32,000 bases of DNA from Patescibacteria group bacterium (GTDB lineage Bacteria > Patescibacteriota > Patescibacteriia > 2-01-FULL-39-33): contig JBAZRV010000001.1 in assembly GCA_041662745.1 (NCBI GenBank), forward strand, positions 1 through 32,000, written 5' to 3'. The notes beneath the pieces were generated by a model. It worked only from the letters and a program-made list of their open reading frames with translations, searched no databases and was not told where the DNA came from. Below are positions 1-10,213 of this stretch, piece after piece. How positions within the stretch are numbered: the stretch's first letter is position 1; the number at the start of each line of letters is the position of its first letter. Made by a program: the position numbers and the translations under genes.

Positions 1-3000
1 TCCAGTCGGACGGGACCGCTGGCATTAAACGGACTCAAACGAATACCCTCGGCGGCAAGCGAATCATACTGCTCGGCCGACGCGCTGACAGTTTCTTGCC
101 ACGATAAACTATTATGGCTATAACTGAATATGTCTAATTGCCATCGGCTAAAATCAACATCGGTGCAAGCGCTGATATTGGTGGACAAAACATCATTAGC
201 GGCATTTGCTCCGCTACATCTTTGCACCTTAATGCGCGACTTGTCCAAGGTGGTATTTACCATGTTACGGCTAAATAAAGCCAACAATGAGGCATTGGTG
301 CAAGCCGGGGTGGTAGTGCCCCTAAACGGCGAGGGGCTTTGTAATTTTTCGGCCAAACCATTGTCGCCTACGCTACAAACAGGGTTTTCTATAACAATCG
401 GATCGGTAAAATTGTTATGGCCGGGACAAGATCCCTGATTGCCGGTAGTTAATTCTACGCTGGCAATACGGAAATAACCCTTATCAGAGGGGGCAAACAA
501 AGCGTCTTGATAGGTCCGCCAATCGGTCTCCTTTTGCGCCGTAGAAGTTGCTTTTGACCTGACAAAATCATTAACAATGGAATAATTGGCCGTTCCCTGG
601 CTCCAAACACCGCTGGCTTGTTCCTCTTCGCGCCAACTCCAATTATAAGTGTCGGCATTAAGAATGATACAAACATTGTCTTCGCTGACAACATCGGATT
701 TGTGTGGCTGTTTCTGACCGTAATATCGGCTGATAAACTTTTGCGGCGAGCAATGCACGCAACCGACGCGACAATATTTGTCATTATCGCTTTGGCTGCG
801 GGTATGGAAATTCCAACAGAAGGCGGCGTTGGGGAATTTCGCCGGATCATCGCAACCTGACGATTGCAACGCCTGCCCGTCAGCATATAGAGGGAATCCC
901 TCATAACTGATAACTCCGCTGGTAAGCACTATTTTATAATCAGCATCAGCTTCCAGGGACTGGGGCATAAATTCAAAATAATCAAACAAGTCAGGACTGC
1001 CAAAATCACGACTGGCATAAGGACTAAAAGAACCGTTAGGCACTACCGCTTGCCACTCCCCGGCGCCATCCTTTTTATAAATTTTCAAGTTCTTCCAACC
1101 CGGTGTCACTAAATCTATTCCGGTTAACGATTGCACATTCATGGGTCGATTGAATCTGGCTGAAATGGCGGCATTTAAACAAGCATCGGAATTAGTCACT
1201 CCCGGGATAACCGTCGTCCATCTGTCTGATGGCGTCGGCGAAGGCAGGTTATCCTCATCTTTGCAAGTTTGGCTACGGGAACAGTCCACTACGACATAAA
1301 ACTTCTTCGGTCCCAATTCATGAGTAGCCAAAAACGTCCAAGAATATAATGATAATGAAGCTTGTTGTCCTGTCGGATAACAAACTTGATTAGGCAGCGG
1401 CTCACAACCGCCCCAATGGCCGTTAGCTTGGCAAATACGCTGCTGTTGGCAGTTACCCAAGGCCGGACAACTCTTTAAATCAACTTGGTTGGGCGTACAT
1501 AATTGGGCCTTTGGTACGCAAGTGCAAGCATCGTGAGCAAGCGAAATCTCATTGATCACTAAATGATCAGTGGAAGACGATTTTCCAACCGCGTTCTGTT
1601 GGCCCACCGAGGAATTAGAAAAATAAATAAAGTCATTAGCCGAACCGGTGTCTAAACCATCAATTTTTCTTCCCCAAGAACCAGGTGAAAAAGCCACCGT
1701 CGAAGAACTGTAAGCAACCACATCGGCAATTTCATCGCTTACCCCCCTAACGAAAGCAATGGTGCCTTGATTTTTGCTAAGCTTAAAATTATTGCTGGGG
1801 TTGAGTGTTGAAGTGCTAATAATAAAATAATCACCGGCCTTCAAAGTAACGCTTTCCGGTATGTAGTAGGTTACGGCACTGTTATCATTCAATAAATCAT
1901 TAATACTCTCCTGTTTGCCGGAATAAATAATACGCCAATTGTCTAAGTTAATATCGGAAATTGTGGGATTATAAATTTCCACCCATTCCTCGTCTGACCT
2001 TACGGTATCGCAACCCAAATCACTGCCGCAATTTTGCGGGTCACAAGTGCCATCATGCCATAAATCAGACAAGCAGCGACGGCCGGATTGCGGAGCAAGC
2101 GAAGCCAAGAATGACCAAGAATACAACCCCAACGAGGCCGGAGTAACACCCAAATAAGAAACGCAATTGGGATCATCTTTAACGCAAGCTCCCCAAGTAT
2201 TATCTACTCGGCAAGTTTTCTTGCCCAGACAACCGCCCAAATCGCAACCGGTAACGGCATTCTGTGTCGGATCGGAGCTATAAACACATTCCTGGTCGAT
2301 TGGTTTTTGGCAAGTACAGTTTTTATCCATATCGCAATCGGAGCGATAAAACCATTTACCGACATCTTCTGTTTTATTACTGCACCCCTGGCAAGCCAGA
2401 TTATTTTTACAATCGTTACTTGAGGCCAAGCAAACCGCAGGATCGTTGCTGACACTTGCACCGCACGGATCACCTTCTGATCCATTACCGATATTAAATA
2501 AAATCGAATTGCTATAACCATTATTATAAACTCTGACCGCTGATTTTCCGCGTTTATTCTCCGGCACCACATCTTTGGCTGAAGTGTTAGTCCAGGAGGT
2601 GGCGGCAGTGGAAGTTATACCGACTAAATTACTAAAATTGGTACCGGTATCCCTTAAATACCAAATCACTTTTCCCGTGCCATCAGCAGCAAAACCGCGA
2701 CCCGTCAAATCGACGGATGTCGGGAAAAGCCCGCTGGTCGGATCAATTGAGCACAGACCTGGCAATTCAATATTATTAGCCAAGAACGGCCGAGAATTAC
2801 TGGTTAGGGGTATTAACGGCTTGGTTTTGTTGACAACTTCAATGTCATAATTGGCCGGCAAATCATTAATTGAATCCAACCCTGCCGGCACTTCAACTAT
2901 AATTTTGTTATCCTGCCACGCCGTGGCGCAATCAGCCAACTTAGCTAAAGTAATAACACCATCGCTTTTAGCGATAAACCTGACTTCGCCTACGACTTGG

Positions 3001-4229
3001 CCGAAACCGCTGCCATAAATAGTCAAATAATTGCCGACAGCGCCATAACCGACATCATCAGCCAAAGAATTAATATCATTCAAATCACTATCATTGTTAA
3101 GATCAAAAGACGGATCAAGCCAGTTAATCGCCGGATCGCCGACACAATAACAATTAGTACCGCAATAATTAGTGCAGTTAGAATCAGCGCAGGTTAGATC
3201 GTCAGGACGGGTGCAAGAAAAACCTGGGCAGTTCTGGGTACAACCGCCACCGCAATCAACGCCCTGCTCGTCTGCATCCTTAAAGCCATTAAAACAATGG
3301 GCGGGAGAAAATTTAACTTGCACCTTATTAGAATAATAAGATTTATCATTAGCAAAAGACCTTAAAGTGGTGGAAGTTAGGTTTTGATATTCAGTTGAAG
3401 AAGTATCCCAAGGAAAGGTGGTGGAGGCAGCATTGTATTGCCGGCCATTTATGATAACCGTTTGCGAATTAACATCAGTTGCGCCAACCTGAACTTCAGT
3501 TGAGCCATTCAAATCAAATAAAGATAAATCATTAACCGTATCTTCAGAATTATAAGAATATACCTTTACTTGCAGGGTGGGGCTTTGGGGAATTTGCACG
3601 CTACCGGAAAAACCGATTGAGCATTCGCGACTGCGACGTTGCGGCAACCAATTAGGAAAGGCGGGATCGGAAAACTCACAAATTGTCGCTCTCTTTTTGG
3701 TAGCATCAAATAAACAATCAACGCCGATACAACTCGGCACACAGGTTGAATCGGTTTGGGCGCAACTGCCCCAAATTTCATCGTCACCGCAGACTTGCTC
3801 TCCACCACAACCGCCGATAGTGCAGGATCTGACATCATCAGGAGTACACGTTTGTCCTTGCGGATTAAACCAATACATTAAGAAAGTAGTAACGGCAAAA
3901 GCGGAAAAAATGATCACTAAACCAATAATGGCATTATAAATGGTTCTCTTAGCCTTATTGACCTTATCTGGATCGCCGCCGGCCGTCATCCAAGTAAAAC
4001 CACCATAAATAATCAGCAACACCACGACTACTCCGAGCAAACCGAAAAGTATTTGCAAAATCCGCCCGATAATCATGCCTAAGCTGGCAGTGCCGAAAAC
4101 TCCCGACAAGCTTTCCAGTGTCGGAGCAGCCGGCGCCTGCGCCAAAACAAAATTACCAACAGCAAAAACCGCTGCCCAAACAAGCAGAGACAAAAATATT
4201 TTTAATTTTACTTTACGTTTTGAAGGCAT
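1..4229 (-). CDS. Giant secreted/surface protein, partial (C-terminus beyond left edge): VirB2/TrbC pilin-like N-terminus, Cys-rich modules, IPT/TIG-like domain, lamin-tail-like domain, Ig-like region
   Basis: Manual minus-strand translation from ATG at 4229: MPSKRKVKLKIFLSLLVWAAVFAVGNFVLAQAPAAPTLESLSGVFGTASLGMIIGRILQILFGLLGVVVVLLIIYGGFTWMTAGGDPDKVNKAKRTIYNAIIGLVIIFSAFAVTTFLM... I found no stop down to position 1, which would explain its absence from the complete-ORF track. Contains NYLTIYGSGFGQVVGEVRF (IPT-like) and SDEEWVEIYNPTISDINLDNWRI (lamin-tail-like). Confidence 0.85.
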   Translation of the reverse strand, partial: MPSKRKVKLKIFLSLLVWAAVFAVGNFVLAQAPAAPTLESLSGVFGTASLGMIIGRILQILFGLLGVVVVLLIIYGGFTWMTAGGDPDKVNKAKRTIYNAIIGLVIIFSAFAVTTFLMYWFNPQGQTCTPDDVRSCTIGGCGGEQVCGDDEIWGSCAQTDSTCVPSCIGVDCLFDATKKRATICEFSDPAFPNWLPQRRSRECSIGFSGSVQIPQSPTLQVKVYSYNSEDTVNDLSLFDLNGSTEVQVGATDVNSQTVIINGRQYNAASTTFPWDTSSTEYQNLTSTTLRSFANDKSYYSNKVQVKFSPAHCFNGFKDADEQGVDCGGGCTQNCPGFSCTRPDDLTCADSNCTNYCGTNCYCVGDPAINWLDPSFDLNNDSDLNDINSLADDVGYGAVGNYLTIYGSGFGQVVGEVRFIAKSDGVITLAKLADCATAWQDNKIIVEVPAGLDSINDLPANYDIEVVNKTKPLIPLTSNSRPFLANNIELPGLCSIDPTSGLFPTSVDLTGRGFAADGTGKVIWYLRDTGTNFSNLVGITSTAATSWTNTSAKDVVPENKRGKSAVRVYNNGYSNSILFNIGNGSEGDPCGASVSNDPAVCLASSNDCKNNLACQGCSNKTEDVGKWFYRSDCDMDKNCTCQKPIDQECVYSSDPTQNAVTGCDLGGCLGKKTCRVDNTWGACVKDDPNCVSYLGVTPASLGLYSWSFLASLAPQSGRRCLSDLWHDGTCDPQNCGSDLGCDTVRSDEEWVEIYNPTISDINLDNWRIIYSGKQESINDLLNDNSAVTYYIPESVTLKAGDYFIISTSTLNPSNNFKLSKNQGTIAFVRGVSDEIADVVAYSSSTVAFSPGSWGRKIDGLDTGSANDFIYFSNSSVGQQNAVGKSSSTDHLVINEISLAHDACTCVPKAQLCTPNQVDLKSCPALGNCQQQRICQANGHWGGCEPLPNQVCYPTGQQASLSLYSWTFLATHELGPKKFYVVVDCSRSQTCKDEDNLPSPTPSDRWTTVIPGVTNSDACLNAAISARFNRPMNVQSLTGIDLVTPGWKNLKIYKKDGAGEWQAVVPNGSFSPYASRDFGSPDLFDYFEFMPQSLEADADYKIVLTSGVISYEGFPLYADGQALQSSGCDDPAKFPNAAFCWNFHTRSQSDNDKYCRVGCVHCSPQKFISRYYGQKQPHKSDVVSEDNVCIILNADTYNWSWREEEQASGVWSQGTANYSIVNDFVRSKATSTAQKETDWRTYQDALFAPSDKGYFRIASVELTTGNQGSCPGHNNFTDPIVIENPVCSVGDNGLAEKLQSPSPFRGTTTPACTNASLLALFSRNMVNTTLDKSRIKVQRCSGANAANDVLSTNISACTDVDFSRWQLDIFSYSHNSLSWQETVSASAEQYDSLAAEGIRLSPFNASGPVRL

Positions 4230-4249
4230 GATCGCCTATTAACTTAATT

Positions 4250-7200
4250 TTAATTACAGCCGGCGCCGTCGCAACACTTGCCCAAACAGCACTTAGTAAC
4301 TCCGCTGGCGTCAGCTATGGGGAAATCCTTAGTTATTACCCAACTGCCATATTTAAATTGAGTCGTATCAATGGAAGTGGCAATCGGTTCCATGCAAGTC
4401 TTGGTACAATTCGGTCTAGCGCCGACGATATCCTTACAATTCATATAGCCGAAGGAAACGGGATTAACCTTATTAACCGGAGAGGGCGTAATTAAACCCA
4501 AATCAGTAACGCAACCAGCGGTATTATATTCATCATTGATTTTATAACGGCATTTATTGAATTCAATATTAGCCTGATAGCCCCAACCTGATGGCAACGT
4601 TGCTGGATCAGCTGCCGCGTTCTGCGGACCGGCGCCCGGCAAGTAACAATTCTGCGTAATTGATTCTAAACCTGAACCGGCACCGGGCGCATAAGTTACC
4701 GCCTGATCGTAAGGATTATGATTAAGTAGGGCCGCGCTATAATCAATCAGGCCGTCACCCGAACCCTGACCGTAAACATCGCCTTCATCTAAATTTTTTA
4801 CGCTGGCCCAATAACCGACGGGATTAGCGTTTTGCGTCACTGTATTTAACATTAGGAAGCGGATATAAAAATCCCTGTCCGCCAAGCCCTCGCCATAACC
4901 GAATCCCGGCTTTAAGGTTACGGGATTCATTAAACGATCGAAAGAAAAAACAATGGGATCGCCAAAAGTTTCATTAATATCCTGCCCCCAACGTTGATCA
5001 CCCTTCGGCTGAATAGAAAATAACAATGGCGCCTTGTCGTCAATAACTGTTGAAACGAAAAATGACCAGGAAAAATCATCACCTTGAGCCGAATTAGTAT
5101 TATAAGTCGGTTTTTCAATGCCATTATCAATGGTAAAAGTATCGTTTACCAGGTAGGGATTAGCCAAGCCGGAGTAACCATAAAGCGTACCGGTGACGAC
5201 TCGCCCCGTATGGCCTTCGGCTATGCCCACTATTTTACCCTTATCATCGGTTGCGCTGGTATAGTTGCCATTTAAGGAGTTACCGGCCATATCCATGATA
5301 CCGACAGTGCTTTCTAAGGCAGCCTTCGGATAATAAACGCCATTCTTCTGACAGCGATCATAAGCGTCGCCGTCACATTGGCCGCCCCAACGCTTGCACC
5401 AGCTATTATCACTATCATCTATACCCCCACCTTTGCACGATTGCAAAACAGCCGCAGAAATTACCACCCTGAACGGCTCTGACTTAGCAGCCGCTCCAGT
5501 CGAAGGGTCAATCCAGCAATATCTTTCTTTGCCGCAAGCATTTTTGCCGCAAGCGTAAATACCGGTCATCTGTACTGTTTTGTATTGATTGGAAATTTCA
5601 TATTTTATCCTATCTGCCGCGATATCGGTCCAAACATCACCGATCTTATTTTGAACCTTAATGGTATTAGACAGACTCAGCGGGTTAACCGCTTTGTTAA
5701 AAGTAACGAAAAAAACGGAATTATTATAAGGATCCGGCGCCGCTCCTTGCGGAGTCTTAAGTTGAGCCTTATCTTTTCCGGATAAATCGCCAACAACCGT
5801 CATGGTGTTATCAATCGCCGATTTATCAATGCTCAAAGTATTAGCTCCCGCTCCCTTGGGTTCAATAATCAAATATCTAAACAAACCGATTGATGCGATA
5901 GAGACATTCACCGAATTCCTGGCTTCGGAGCTGATAATAGCACTACGCAAATTTTCCAACGTGTCGCTAACATTGGCCGACTTGATTACGGCGATGTAAT
6001 TGACAGTTACCGGCTGACCGTCAGCTCCGACTTGGGTTTTAGCGATATTGGCATCGTTAATATAAGCATCGGAAGCAAAAATAAAATTAATTTTACTGGT
6101 GCTGTTATTAATAGTATAAGTATCGCCGGTAACGGCTGTTTCGGCAGTGAACCTCCATTGGCTGCCCCGAGGGAACGTGCCACCCTCAGCGGCGATAGTT
6201 AAACCATTGCCCAAATCAAAACTTACGCCGTTTACTATAGTAAAAGGTTTACCGCTGAGCGGAGCCGGGGAATCGGCAGAAAATACAGCCGTTCTGCCGT
6301 CGCTGGAAACAGTAAAATTAGCAGTGCCCGCGCCGAGCTCAAAACCGCTTTGCGCGCTGACATAAGCCTTAAAGCCGGCAGGAATATTACCGCCGGAATT
6401 AATCAATTCCTTTCTCAGCGGCCGGCCCAAAAAATACTCGCCCTGCAGTTTGATTGGTTTCTCCGCCTTCAGATCAACCAAAGATTGAATCGTAGTGGTT
6501 GACCGTCCTAACGTAGACTGGGAAGATGCTGAATATAAATCAGGAAGGGTATCGGGGTAGGGATAAACCTCATACTTTACGATCTGCGGCGGATCCAAGT
6601 CCATTTTGCCGTTGGTTTTGAAGGACCAAGCAAAATAATCCATTTTCCATAACTTAAAGATTGATTCGCCGGTGGAAGAGGCAATGATGCCGTTCTTTAA
6701 AGTTACCATGAACTCTCGATTGGCGTTATCCTCTTTGCCTAAAAATGATTTAGTCATGAAAACAAAGGTTTTGGCATTGCCCGGAGTTTGAGTAACGGTT
6801 GTATTGGCACCAGCAAAAACCTGAGCAGTGAAATCGCCTGTTCCTAAGCATTTACGCGGAGTGGAGGCCGTATCAGCTTCACAAATTTCAATATTATTGC
6901 TAGCGCTATTAGAACAATAACCCTCGGCATTGGGGACGCAAATACTATCCGATTTAATATTTGATTTAAAAGTTACGACAATTCTGGTGTCAATTGACAC
7001 ATCCGCCTGATTAGGCGCAGGATAAACGCTTTCAATCGGCCCATTGCCGATGCCGCCTCGCCCCCAATCATCCGGTCCGCCCGGTATGCCTCCGCCTCCG
7101 CCCGCGCCGCCGCCTCTTGGACCGAACAATCCCATCAGCCAAGTAGTAATGGCAAAGGCCGCGAAAATGATTATTAAACCGATAATAGCGTTATAAATGA

Positions 7201-7567
7201 TTTTTTTGGCTTTATTGACTTTGTCCGGATCTCCGCCGGCCGTCATCCAAATAAAACCGCCATAAATAATAAGTAATAGTACGATTACGCCCAATAAACC
7301 AAAAATAACCTGCAAAACCCGGCCAATATAAGTAGTAAGCGAGGTTTCGGTAGCGATTCCGGCAGCTTGTCCGACAGCCTGCAAATTAGCGTCTTGCGCT
7401 AAGACCGAGCTGGCGAAAAGAAAACCGAAAAAAGAAATAAAAAACACCAAAATAAGCGCCAACGCTCGTTTGGTGTTTCCAGTCACGATCAAAAACGACT
7501 TTAAATTCCCGCCCCGGGCGGAATTTGATCGCGAGAACTTTTGCATAGGGACAAAAGCTTTTGACAT
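4250..7567 (-). CDS. Giant secreted/surface protein (1105 aa), VirB2/TrbC pilin-like two-TM N-terminus plus Ig-like (Big_5-type) domains; paralogue of the upstream-numbered neighbour
   Basis: ORF track; RVLQVIFGLLGVIVLLLIIYGGFIWMTAGGDPDKVNKAKKIIYNAIIGLIIIFAAFAITTWLM nearly matches the same segment of the 1..4229 protein; SVYPAPNQADVSIDTRIVVTF is Ig-like; Cys-rich C-terminus CCLGKCCDGAGCN. Confidence 0.85.
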   Translation of the reverse strand: MSKAFVPMQKFSRSNSARGGNLKSFLIVTGNTKRALALILVFFISFFGFLFASSVLAQDANLQAVGQAAGIATETSLTTYIGRVLQVIFGLLGVIVLLLIIYGGFIWMTAGGDPDKVNKAKKIIYNAIIGLIIIFAAFAITTWLMGLFGPRGGGAGGGGGIPGGPDDWGRGGIGNGPIESVYPAPNQADVSIDTRIVVTFKSNIKSDSICVPNAEGYCSNSASNNIEICEADTASTPRKCLGTGDFTAQVFAGANTTVTQTPGNAKTFVFMTKSFLGKEDNANREFMVTLKNGIIASSTGESIFKLWKMDYFAWSFKTNGKMDLDPPQIVKYEVYPYPDTLPDLYSASSQSTLGRSTTTIQSLVDLKAEKPIKLQGEYFLGRPLRKELINSGGNIPAGFKAYVSAQSGFELGAGTANFTVSSDGRTAVFSADSPAPLSGKPFTIVNGVSFDLGNGLTIAAEGGTFPRGSQWRFTAETAVTGDTYTINNSTSKINFIFASDAYINDANIAKTQVGADGQPVTVNYIAVIKSANVSDTLENLRSAIISSEARNSVNVSIASIGLFRYLIIEPKGAGANTLSIDKSAIDNTMTVVGDLSGKDKAQLKTPQGAAPDPYNNSVFFVTFNKAVNPLSLSNTIKVQNKIGDVWTDIAADRIKYEISNQYKTVQMTGIYACGKNACGKERYCWIDPSTGAAAKSEPFRVVISAAVLQSCKGGGIDDSDNSWCKRWGGQCDGDAYDRCQKNGVYYPKAALESTVGIMDMAGNSLNGNYTSATDDKGKIVGIAEGHTGRVVTGTLYGYSGLANPYLVNDTFTIDNGIEKPTYNTNSAQGDDFSWSFFVSTVIDDKAPLLFSIQPKGDQRWGQDINETFGDPIVFSFDRLMNPVTLKPGFGYGEGLADRDFYIRFLMLNTVTQNANPVGYWASVKNLDEGDVYGQGSGDGLIDYSAALLNHNPYDQAVTYAPGAGSGLESITQNCYLPGAGPQNAAADPATLPSGWGYQANIEFNKCRYKINDEYNTAGCVTDLGLITPSPVNKVNPVSFGYMNCKDIVGARPNCTKTCMEPIATSIDTTQFKYGSWVITKDFPIADASGVTKCCLGKCCDGAGCN

Positions 7568-7704
7568 AATTGCTATTTATACTCGGACTAAGTCCGATTA
7601 TTTATCACCTTCCAAATGATTAATCCTATAAAATGAAAAACCCGTTAAAATACAAAATAAAATCTAACGATTGCCTTACTTTTGATTTTAATAATCCGGT
7701 TTGA

Positions 7705-8160
7705 CTATTTGCTTATTTCTTCCTTAACAATCTTACTCACCATAGTGCCGTCGGCGGCGCCCTTAGCGGCGGCCATGACCAATCCCATAATCTTGCCAAA
7801 ACCGGCCATACCCAAGTTACCCTGCTCAGCCATAATCTTAACCACCAGTTCCCTAACCTGTTCTTCGGTCATTTGTTCCGGTAAAAACTTAGAGATTAAA
7901 TCAATTTCCGCCTGTTCTTTAGCTGCCAGCTCTTCACGGTTGGCCTGCCTATAAGAAGCAATGGAATCCTGGCGTTTCTTCACTTCTGACTTTAAAACCG
8001 CCAAAACATCTTCATCGGAAAGCAACTCTTCCTTAGGCATCAGTTTTTCTATCTTTTTATTGGCGATAGCGGACTTAAGCAAACGCAAGGTGGAAACAGC
8101 GGCTTCGTCTTTGGCCTTGTAGGCAATCATGAACGCTTCGCTAATTTGTTGATCTAACAT
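7705..8160 (-). CDS. yqeY: GatB/YqeY domain-containing protein
   Basis: 151 aa: STLRLLKSAIANKKIEK ... KRQDSIASYRQANREELAAKEQAEIDLISKFLPEQM ... FGKIMGLVMAAAKGAADGTMVSKIVKE, typical YqeY family. Confidence 0.93.
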   Translation of the reverse strand: MLDQQISEAFMIAYKAKDEAAVSTLRLLKSAIANKKIEKLMPKEELLSDEDVLAVLKSEVKKRQDSIASYRQANREELAAKEQAEIDLISKFLPEQMTEEQVRELVVKIMAEQGNLGMAGFGKIMGLVMAAAKGAADGTMVSKIVKEEISK

Positions 8161-8311
8161 ATATTAGTCCTTAGATCTATAAAGTTTAAAACCTATAAAT
8201 TTAAAAATTATCGGTTTGGGACTTTACTGATTTTAACTTATAAATAAGTTCCTTCACGCTCCTTCCAACCTGAATTAAACAGATTGGAAAGCAGCCTAAA
8301 GGCCTTATAAA

Positions 8312-8557
8312 TTATCTCTTATATCCGCCACGAGTCGGTTCTTCCACTAATTTGCCTATTTTTTTCAAATATTCGCGTTTGACGGTAATTTCTTCTCGGC
8401 GGGCAGCGGCTGATCTGACGGCGGTTTTGTTCTTTTTCGGCTTATGGAAACGAATTTTCTTAGCTTGCAAAATTCGGCCGCTCTGCTGAACTTTTTTGGA
8501 AAACCTGCGCACTAACGCCTCAAAGCTCTCACCTTTCTTTCTTTTTACTTCTGCCAC
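8312..8557 (-). CDS. rpsU: 30S ribosomal protein S21 (bS21)
   Basis: 81 aa basic protein: ESFEALVRRFSKKVQQSGRILQAKKIRFHKPKKNKTAVRSAAARR. Confidence 0.9.
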   Translation of the reverse strand: MAEVKRKKGESFEALVRRFSKKVQQSGRILQAKKIRFHKPKKNKTAVRSAAARREEITVKREYLKKIGKLVEEPTRGGYKR

Positions 8558-8658
8558 AATTGTTCACCTCTCTTTCTTTTGATTAATTATTATATAAAAG
8601 TTGAAAGCTCAAAATGAAAATCTTCATTCGCGCTTTTCAATTTTTGATTTATCATGCT

Positions 8659-10164
8659 TTAATAATCATCTCCGCCAGAATCTGGCGCACTCTCTTCAAC
8701 AATAGCTTCTGCCGGTTCGTCCATCGCGTTTAAATCATTCTCCGCTTCTCTTTCGCCATAATCATGTTTGAAACGCTTATGGGATAAAGCGGCCTTGGTT
8801 TCTTCCGTGTCTATTACCGCTACTCCCTCATCACTGTTATATCTCTCCAGCCGCTTAGTCAATTCAGTTTCAATCTTATTAAAATCAACAATCTCTTGCA
8901 CGCCGCCATTCATATCACGAAACATGATTGTGCCGTCACTGACTTCTTTCTGCCCCAAAATCAAACAATATTTAACTTTTAATCTGCCGGCCTGCTCCAG
9001 TTGCGCCTTCAAACCGTCCTTATAAAAAGCTTGGGACAATTTGAATTTATGACGCAATGCCTCGTATAAAACAATGGCTTTTTTCTTAGCGCTTTCGCCT
9101 AACTGGGCGATAAACACGTCGGGCTGGTAAGGTTCAGCCACATCCGGATTTTTTTCCCGCAATTTTGCTATTACGCGATCCATACCGATAGACAAGCCGC
9201 AAGCCGGAGTATTCTCTCGTCCGCCCATTAATTCTATCAAACCGTCATAACGCCCGCCACCCCCCAAGGCATTTTTACCGTCCGGATCATCAACCGACCA
9301 ATATTCAAAAATCGTTCGATTGTAATAATCCAAACCGCGTACAATCCAAGGATTGAGAACGTAGGGCAAATCAAGCTCGTCCAAATACTCCAAAACTTTC
9401 ATGAAATGTTTTTTGCATTCGTCATCCAAATAATCTAAAATTTGAGGCACGCCAGCCCTAAGTTCTTGGCAACCGGGATCTTTGCAATCAAGCAACCGCA
9501 AGGGATTCTTGGTTAAACGCGCTTCGCAACTCTCACATAAATTCTTGGCGTGCTGACGATAGTATTTTACCAAAGCCTTTTTATACTCTTCACGGCAAGC
9601 GGGACAGCCGATGGAATTAACTTGAATAGTCGCTTCTATGCCTAAATCATTAAGCAGATTATAGCCCATCAAAATCAGTTGGGAATCCAAAGCCGGACCA
9701 TCTTCTCCGATTGCCTCATAACCGGCCTGATAAAACTGACGGAAACGTCCTGATTGCGGTTTCTCATGGCGAAACATCGGACCGTAATAAAAAAACTTTA
9801 CCGGTTGAGGTTGATTCAATAAGCCATGTTGGATAAAAGCGCGCGCCACACTGGCCGTACCTTCTGGACGCAATACCAAATTGTCTCCGCCCTGATCAAT
9901 AAAGGAAAACATTTCCTTTTCTACGATATCGGTCTGCTTGCCAATACCCCTGGCAAAAACGTCGGTGTACTCTAAAATCGGCGTTTCAATTTTGCCATAA
10001 CCGTAATCGTTGGCGATTTTAGTGGCAACATTCTCCGCTAATTGCCAATATTTTTGATCCTGCGGCAAAACATCACGCATGCCGGTAACCGTGATAAATT
10101 CACGACCCCGTTTTTTTCTGGGTTTATCAACTGATTCTTTATCTGTTTTTTTAATTCTGGACAT
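8659..10164 (-). CDS. hisS: Histidyl-tRNA synthetase
   Basis: 501 aa with class II motifs: DVLPQDQKYWQ, MFSFIDQGGDNLVLRPEGTASVARAFI, FRHEKPQSGRFRQFYQAGYEAIG, YDGLIELMGG, CGLSIGMDR; acidic C-terminal tail. Confidence 0.96.
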   Translation of the reverse strand: MSRIKKTDKESVDKPRKKRGREFITVTGMRDVLPQDQKYWQLAENVATKIANDYGYGKIETPILEYTDVFARGIGKQTDIVEKEMFSFIDQGGDNLVLRPEGTASVARAFIQHGLLNQPQPVKFFYYGPMFRHEKPQSGRFRQFYQAGYEAIGEDGPALDSQLILMGYNLLNDLGIEATIQVNSIGCPACREEYKKALVKYYRQHAKNLCESCEARLTKNPLRLLDCKDPGCQELRAGVPQILDYLDDECKKHFMKVLEYLDELDLPYVLNPWIVRGLDYYNRTIFEYWSVDDPDGKNALGGGGRYDGLIELMGGRENTPACGLSIGMDRVIAKLREKNPDVAEPYQPDVFIAQLGESAKKKAIVLYEALRHKFKLSQAFYKDGLKAQLEQAGRLKVKYCLILGQKEVSDGTIMFRDMNGGVQEIVDFNKIETELTKRLERYNSDEGVAVIDTEETKAALSHKRFKHDYGEREAENDLNAMDEPAEAIVEESAPDSGGDDY

Positions 10165-10213
10165 AATTTAAAAATTTTCAATTACCGATTAACACTCAAA
10201 ATAAAATTTCATT

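Noticed and set aside
455-3939. Track ORFs 455..904 -, 618..860 +, 2204..2572 -, 2575..2850 +, 3566..3838 -, 3577..3939 +
   Set aside because: They are alternative-frame readings within the giant minus-strand CDS 1..4229, whose frame gives coherent signal, TM, IPT and lamin-tail sequence.
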